DNA of 64,000 nt from an uncultured delta proteobacterium. GTDB lineage: Bacteria > Myxococcota_A > Polyangia > Polyangiales > Polyangiaceae. The stretch is taken from assembly GCA_963841435.1 (NCBI GenBank), contig CAWJCS010000006.1:1152001-1216000 (forward strand), written 5' to 3'. A model generated the notes under the pieces. It worked only from the letters and a program-made list of their open reading frames with translations. It searched no databases and was not told the DNA's origin. Made by a program: the position numbers and the translations under genes. This document shows, in pieces, positions 60,033-64,000 of the stretch (position 1 is its first letter; every line of letters starts with the position of its first letter).

Positions 60033-60641
60033 GATTCGAAAGAGCGTCGTCGCGTCCTCGGACTGATGGCGCTGCCGCAGTCGCTCGAGCAAGAGCTCAC
60101 GCTCGTCGGGAACGGGCAGCTCCGTGAGCTGATTGGCTCGCGTTCTCAGCGCTTCGAGCGCGCGGCGTCGCCGCTCGGTGTAGTCGGGCGCGGTCGTCAC
60201 CGCCGCCGTGTCCGCCGGAGCCGGGCTCGCCGCGTCCGATGTGCCCGCGGCTTCGGGGGTGGAGGGCGTCGTCCCGGGCGTCGAGCCGTTCTCGGGGCTC
60301 GGCGGCGACGGCTCGGGAGGGCGTAGCGACGGGCGATCGCTCAGCTCGACCGCGCGATCGAGAAACGTCTTGGTCGAAGCGCCGTAGCGCTTGAAGCGCA
60401 CGCGCAGGCCGCCGGGGCGTGCTCCACGGGGCTCCACGTTCGCGAGCACGCGAGCCTCGGCTCGGATCGGGCGCGAGCCGTCACCGAGCGTCACCTCGAG
60501 CATCACCGCCGTACCGGGCGGCAGCTCGGCCTCGCCGATGAGCAGCATCGTGCGCGTGTCCATCGTCCACGCCTCGTGCTTGAGGTATTCGTCCGCATTG
60601 GGGTAGGGGCGAATCACGTGCAGGGCGAGCGGCTCGGACAC
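60009..60641 (-). CDS. PilZ-like (TIGR02266-type) domain protein
   Basis: Y....EY...TM....MLL...LPPGT.V.LEVTL.DG...IRAEARV...GGLRVRF, then a Pro-rich linker. Confidence 0.6.
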   Translation of the reverse strand: MSEPLALHVIRPYPNADEYLKHEAWTMDTRTMLLIGEAELPPGTAVMLEVTLGDGSRPIRAEARVLANVEPRGARPGGLRVRFKRYGASTKTFLDRAVELSDRPSLRPPEPSPPSPENGSTPGTTPSTPEAAGTSDAASPAPADTAAVTTAPDYTERRRRALEALRTRANQLTELPVPDERELLLERLRQRHQSEDATTLFRISGNRLDG

Positions 60642-60780
60642 GGATAGCCCAGAATCATGCCACACGTCCTCCCGACGCTTCCACGCTCGTCGTCACGCCC
60701 AGCGACGGCGTCGACGGGCGGGCGGCGCCGCGGGCGCCCGGGCCCTAGCCGCCCTGGCCGGGCCGCGCTAAACGGCCCCC

Positions 60781-62076
60781 GTGCCCGGGCGTCGCAAGGT
60801 ACTGGTCGTCGGATCCGGCGGACGAGAGCACGCTCTCGCACTCCGGCTGCTCGAGTCCGACAGTGTGGGAGAGGTGCTCGTCACACCCGGAAACGCTGGG
60901 ACTCACCGTGCGCCACCGTGGCTCGCCGGCAAGGCGTTGCGGAGCCTGCCCGGCTCGCCGCTCGAGATGGCCCGCCGAGAAGCCCCCGATCTGACCGTGA
61001 TCGGTCCCGAGGCGCCGCTCTGCGAGGGCCTCACCGACGAGCTCGCCGCCGCGGGGCACCTCGTGTTCGGGCCGAGCCTCCTCGCCGCGCGGCTCGAGGG
61101 GAGCAAGGCTTTCATGAAGGAGCTCGCCGGGCGACACGGGGTGCCCACGGCTCGCTACCGAGTCGTCCGGGACCCGGCGGCGCTCGGGGCGGCCCTCGAC
61201 GCGTTCGATGCACCCCCCGTCGTCAAGGCTGACGGCCTGTGTGCCGGCAAGGGGGTGGTGGTCGCGGAGAGTCGCGCCGAGGCCGAGCGGAGCGCGGCCC
61301 GCATGCTGAGCGGCGAGGCGTTCGGCGAGGCGGGTCGCACGGTCGTGCTCGAGGAGCGCCTCAGCGGTGCAGAGCTGAGCGTGCACGCCATCGCCGACGG
61401 CGAGCGCTTCGTCCTATTGCCCCCCGCCCAAGATCACAAGCGCCTGCTCGAGGGCGATCGGGGCCCCAACACGGGCGGCATGGGCACGCTGTCGCCGTCG
61501 CCACTCGCGACCCCCGCGCTCGTCGAGCGTGTCGGTCGCGAGATCATCCAGCCGACGCTCGCCGGCATGGCGGCCGAGGGTCACCCGTTTCGTGGCGCGC
61601 TGTTCGCCGGGATCATGGTGAAACCCGACGGCGTGCCTTCGTTGCTCGAGTTCAACGTGCGCTTCGGCGACCCCGAGACGCAGGTGCTGACGCTAACCCT
61701 GGAGGGTGATTTTTGTGACGCCCTCGTGGCGGCCGCTCGGGGCGAGCTCGACCCGAACAGTCTGCGCGCGAGCGGCGAGCACGCCGTGTGCGTCGTGCTC
61801 GCTGCGCACGGATACCCCGAAGCGCCGCGCCGGGGCGACGCCATTTTGGGCCTGTCCGCGGCCGAGGCGTTGCCGGGGGTGCGCGTGTTCCACGCCGGGA
61901 CGGCGCTGTCCGGGGGCGCAGTCGTCACCGCGGGCGGCCGCGTGCTCGGTGTCGCGGCGAAGGCCGGCTCGCTCGGCGACGCGCACGCGCGCGCCTACGA
62001 GGCCGTGGCGCTGATTTCCTTCGACGGCATGCAGTTTCGCACCGACGTTGCCGCCGGAGCCCTCGGAGCAGCGTGA
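60781..62076 (+). CDS. purD: Phosphoribosylamine-glycine ligase
   Basis: VGSGGREHAL, GPEAPL, LEGSK, KADGLCAGKGV, QDHKR, GPNTGGMG, EFNVRFGDPE. Confidence 0.98.
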   Translation: MPGRRKVLVVGSGGREHALALRLLESDSVGEVLVTPGNAGTHRAPPWLAGKALRSLPGSPLEMARREAPDLTVIGPEAPLCEGLTDELAAAGHLVFGPSLLAARLEGSKAFMKELAGRHGVPTARYRVVRDPAALGAALDAFDAPPVVKADGLCAGKGVVVAESRAEAERSAARMLSGEAFGEAGRTVVLEERLSGAELSVHAIADGERFVLLPPAQDHKRLLEGDRGPNTGGMGTLSPSPLATPALVERVGREIIQPTLAGMAAEGHPFRGALFAGIMVKPDGVPSLLEFNVRFGDPETQVLTLTLEGDFCDALVAAARGELDPNSLRASGEHAVCVVLAAHGYPEAPRRGDAILGLSAAEALPGVRVFHAGTALSGGAVVTAGGRVLGVAAKAGSLGDAHARAYEAVALISFDGMQFRTDVAAGALGAA

Positions 62077-62702
62077 CCCCGCTCGTCGAGGCGCTCGAGC
62101 GCGGCTCGGTCGTCGCCATCGCCACGGAGTCGTTCTTCGGCCTGCTTGCCGACGCAACGAACCCGGCGGCGCTCGACTGCCTCGGCTCGCTCAAGCCGCG
62201 CGGCTCGGACAAGGCCGTCGGTCTCATCGTGCCGTCCCGCGAAAGTTGGGCTCCGCTCGTCGAGGCAATCCCCGACGGGGCGCGCGCGCTCGCCGACATG
62301 TTCTGGCCGGGGCCGCTCACGCTGGCCGTGCGCGCCGCCGCCCGTCTCGACCCGCGGATCACGGCGGACGGTCGTGTGGCGGTCCGCGAGCCCGGTGCTT
62401 CGCCCGCGAGCGAGCTTGCCCGTCGCTTCGGCCGGCCCTTGACGGCGACGAGCGCGAACCTTCCCGGGGCACCCCCCGCCGTCCTGTCGAGCGAAGTGGA
62501 AAGGAGCTTCACTGAGGCAATTTTCGACGGTCGTCTCGTGGTGGCACCCGGCGAAAGCCCGGGTGGCTTGCCGTCCACCCTGGTCGCCGTGGACCCGGGT
62601 AGCGTGCGGCTGCTGCGGCAAGGGGCCGTCCCGACCGACGCGCTGCTCGCCGTTCTCGGGCCCCTGGGCCTCGATCTTGACCGCGTCGCTTCCCGTGGCT
62701 AG
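62073..62702 (+). CDS. tsaC: L-threonylcarbamoyladenylate synthase (YrdC/Sua5 N-terminal domain)
   Basis: [35 protein letters not shown] overlap with purD. Confidence 0.85.
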   Translation: MTPLVEALERGSVVAIATESFFGLLADATNPAALDCLGSLKPRGSDKAVGLIVPSRESWAPLVEAIPDGARALADMFWPGPLTLAVRAAARLDPRITADGRVAVREPGASPASELARRFGRPLTATSANLPGAPPAVLSSEVERSFTEAIFDGRLVVAPGESPGGLPSTLVAVDPGSVRLLRQGAVPTDALLAVLGPLGLDLDRVASRG

Positions 62703-62712
62703 CAAGCCTGCC

Positions 62713-63792
62713 ATGGAAAGAGCGAAGAACTTCAATGCGGGCCCCGCGGCGCTGCCGCTCGCCGCCCTCGAGCGCGCCCAAGCAGAGCTCCTCGATCTCG
62801 CTGGCACTGGCATGAGCGTGATGGAGCACAGCCATCGCGGAAAGGCCTACGAGGCCGTTCACAACGAGGCGCTTGCCCTCGCACGTGAGCTTCTGGGCGT
62901 CCCCGACCAGTATCAGATCCTGCTGCTGCAGGGCGGCGCGAGCCAGCAGTTCGCCATGCTGCCCATGAACCTCTTGCCCGCGGGCAAGAGCGCCGACTAC
63001 GTCATCACGGGCTCGTGGTCGCAGAAGGCCATCAAGGAGGGCAAGTCGGTGGGCACGGTGCGCGTCGCGGGCACCACGGAGAAGGACGGCAAGTTCGGCC
63101 GCATTCCGGCGCAGAGCGAGCTCACGCTCGACGCGGGCGCCGCCTACGCCCACATCACGAGCAACAACACGATCTTCGGCACGCAGTGGCACGAGTTCCC
63201 GAGCACCGGCAGCGTTCCGCTCGTCGCGGACATGTCGAGCGACATCATGTGGCGCCCGATCGATGTCTCGAAGTTCGGTCTGATCTACGCCGGAGCCCAG
63301 AAGAACCTCGGCCCGAGCGGCCTCGCTCTCGTGATCGTGCGAAAGGATCTGGTCGAGGGCGGAAGAAAGGACATCCCCGCGATCTTCCAGTATCGCACGC
63401 ACGCCGAGAACAACTCGCTCTACAACACGCCACCGACGTTCTCGGTGTACGTGCTGCGCAACGTGCTCGACGAGCTGAAGAAGAACGGTGGCCTCGTCGC
63501 CATGGAGAAGAAGAACCGCGAGAAGGCGGCCCTCCTCTACGCTGCGATCGACTCCCGCCCCGATTTCTACGCTTCGCCCGTCGAGAAAGGCTCGCGTTCG
63601 ACGATGAACGTCGTCTTCACGTTGAAGACCCCCGAGCTCGAGGCGGAGTTCCTCGCCGAGGCCAAGAAGCAGAAGATGGAAGGCCTCAAGGGCCATCGCT
63701 CGGTCGGCGGCATGCGCGCGTCGATCTACAACGCGGTGCCGCTCGAGAACGTGCAGGCGCTCGCCGACCTGATGCGGAAGTTCAAAGCCTGA
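62713..63792 (+). CDS. serC: Phosphoserine aminotransferase
   Basis: [53 protein letters not shown]. Confidence 0.98.
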   Translation: MERAKNFNAGPAALPLAALERAQAELLDLAGTGMSVMEHSHRGKAYEAVHNEALALARELLGVPDQYQILLLQGGASQQFAMLPMNLLPAGKSADYVITGSWSQKAIKEGKSVGTVRVAGTTEKDGKFGRIPAQSELTLDAGAAYAHITSNNTIFGTQWHEFPSTGSVPLVADMSSDIMWRPIDVSKFGLIYAGAQKNLGPSGLALVIVRKDLVEGGRKDIPAIFQYRTHAENNSLYNTPPTFSVYVLRNVLDELKKNGGLVAMEKKNREKAALLYAAIDSRPDFYASPVEKGSRSTMNVVFTLKTPELEAEFLAEAKKQKMEGLKGHRSVGGMRASIYNAVPLENVQALADLMRKFKA

Positions 63793-64000
63793 GCCGGCCG
63801 TCGCCGAGCAGGCGGGCAATCAAGCTGCCCTTGCCGTCTCGCACGTCCGTGGACCCCGAGACGAGCAGGGGCAGCGATGCGAGCACGGCGAGGGCGCCGA
63901 TGCCGAGCGTGACGGCGCCCGCCGTTCGCGTGCCGGTCTGGTCCGCATAACGCCCGTAGCCATACAGGCCCATTCCCGTGAGCGAGATCGGGATCCCGAC
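63782..64000 (-). CDS. C-terminal part of a membrane-anchored hypothetical protein (5' end outside window)
   Basis: Open frame to the edge with hydrophobic segments ([30 protein letters not shown]). Confidence 0.5.
   Translation of the reverse strand, partial: VGIPISLTGMGLYGYGRYADQTGTRTAGAVTLGIGALAVLASLPLLVSGSTDVRDGKGSLIARLLGDGRLRL

Overview
Very GC-rich (~70% by eye) bacterial chromosome segment whose gene content points to Myxococcota, probably Polyangiales/Sorangium-like (Ser/Thr kinase coupled to a TPR/PEGA-type gene, PilZ-like and DUF4388-J proteins, Gly-rich-linker lipoproteins). The window is mostly core genes: an SbcD/YhaO-YhaN pair, aceE, mutY-mutT, a partial complex I operon (nuoABCD-G-H-I), lipA, a 2-oxoacid dehydrogenase E1a/E1b/E2 cluster, prs-rplY-pth-rpsF-rpsR-rplI-dnaB with an S6:S18 leader RNA, obgE, hisZ-purA and purD-tsaC-serC. 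Many genes between about 25.8 and 35.8 kb (plus two elsewhere) carry frameshifts that look like sequence-consensus errors. I saw no rRNA, tRNA, CRISPR array, transposase or integrase. The best leads are: (1) a three-gene Cys-rich micro-operon at 17.5-18.3 kb, with a putative disulfide-hairpin peptide followed by two paralogous C-x16-C small membrane proteins; (2) a ~1.6 kb sugar-epimerase/truncated-glycosyltransferase insert flanked by a ~66 bp diverged direct repeat of the mutY intergenic region; (3) a NuoH carrying a ~150 aa multi-TM insertion in the loop after TM1. All family assignments come from motif recognition by eye; no database searches were run.
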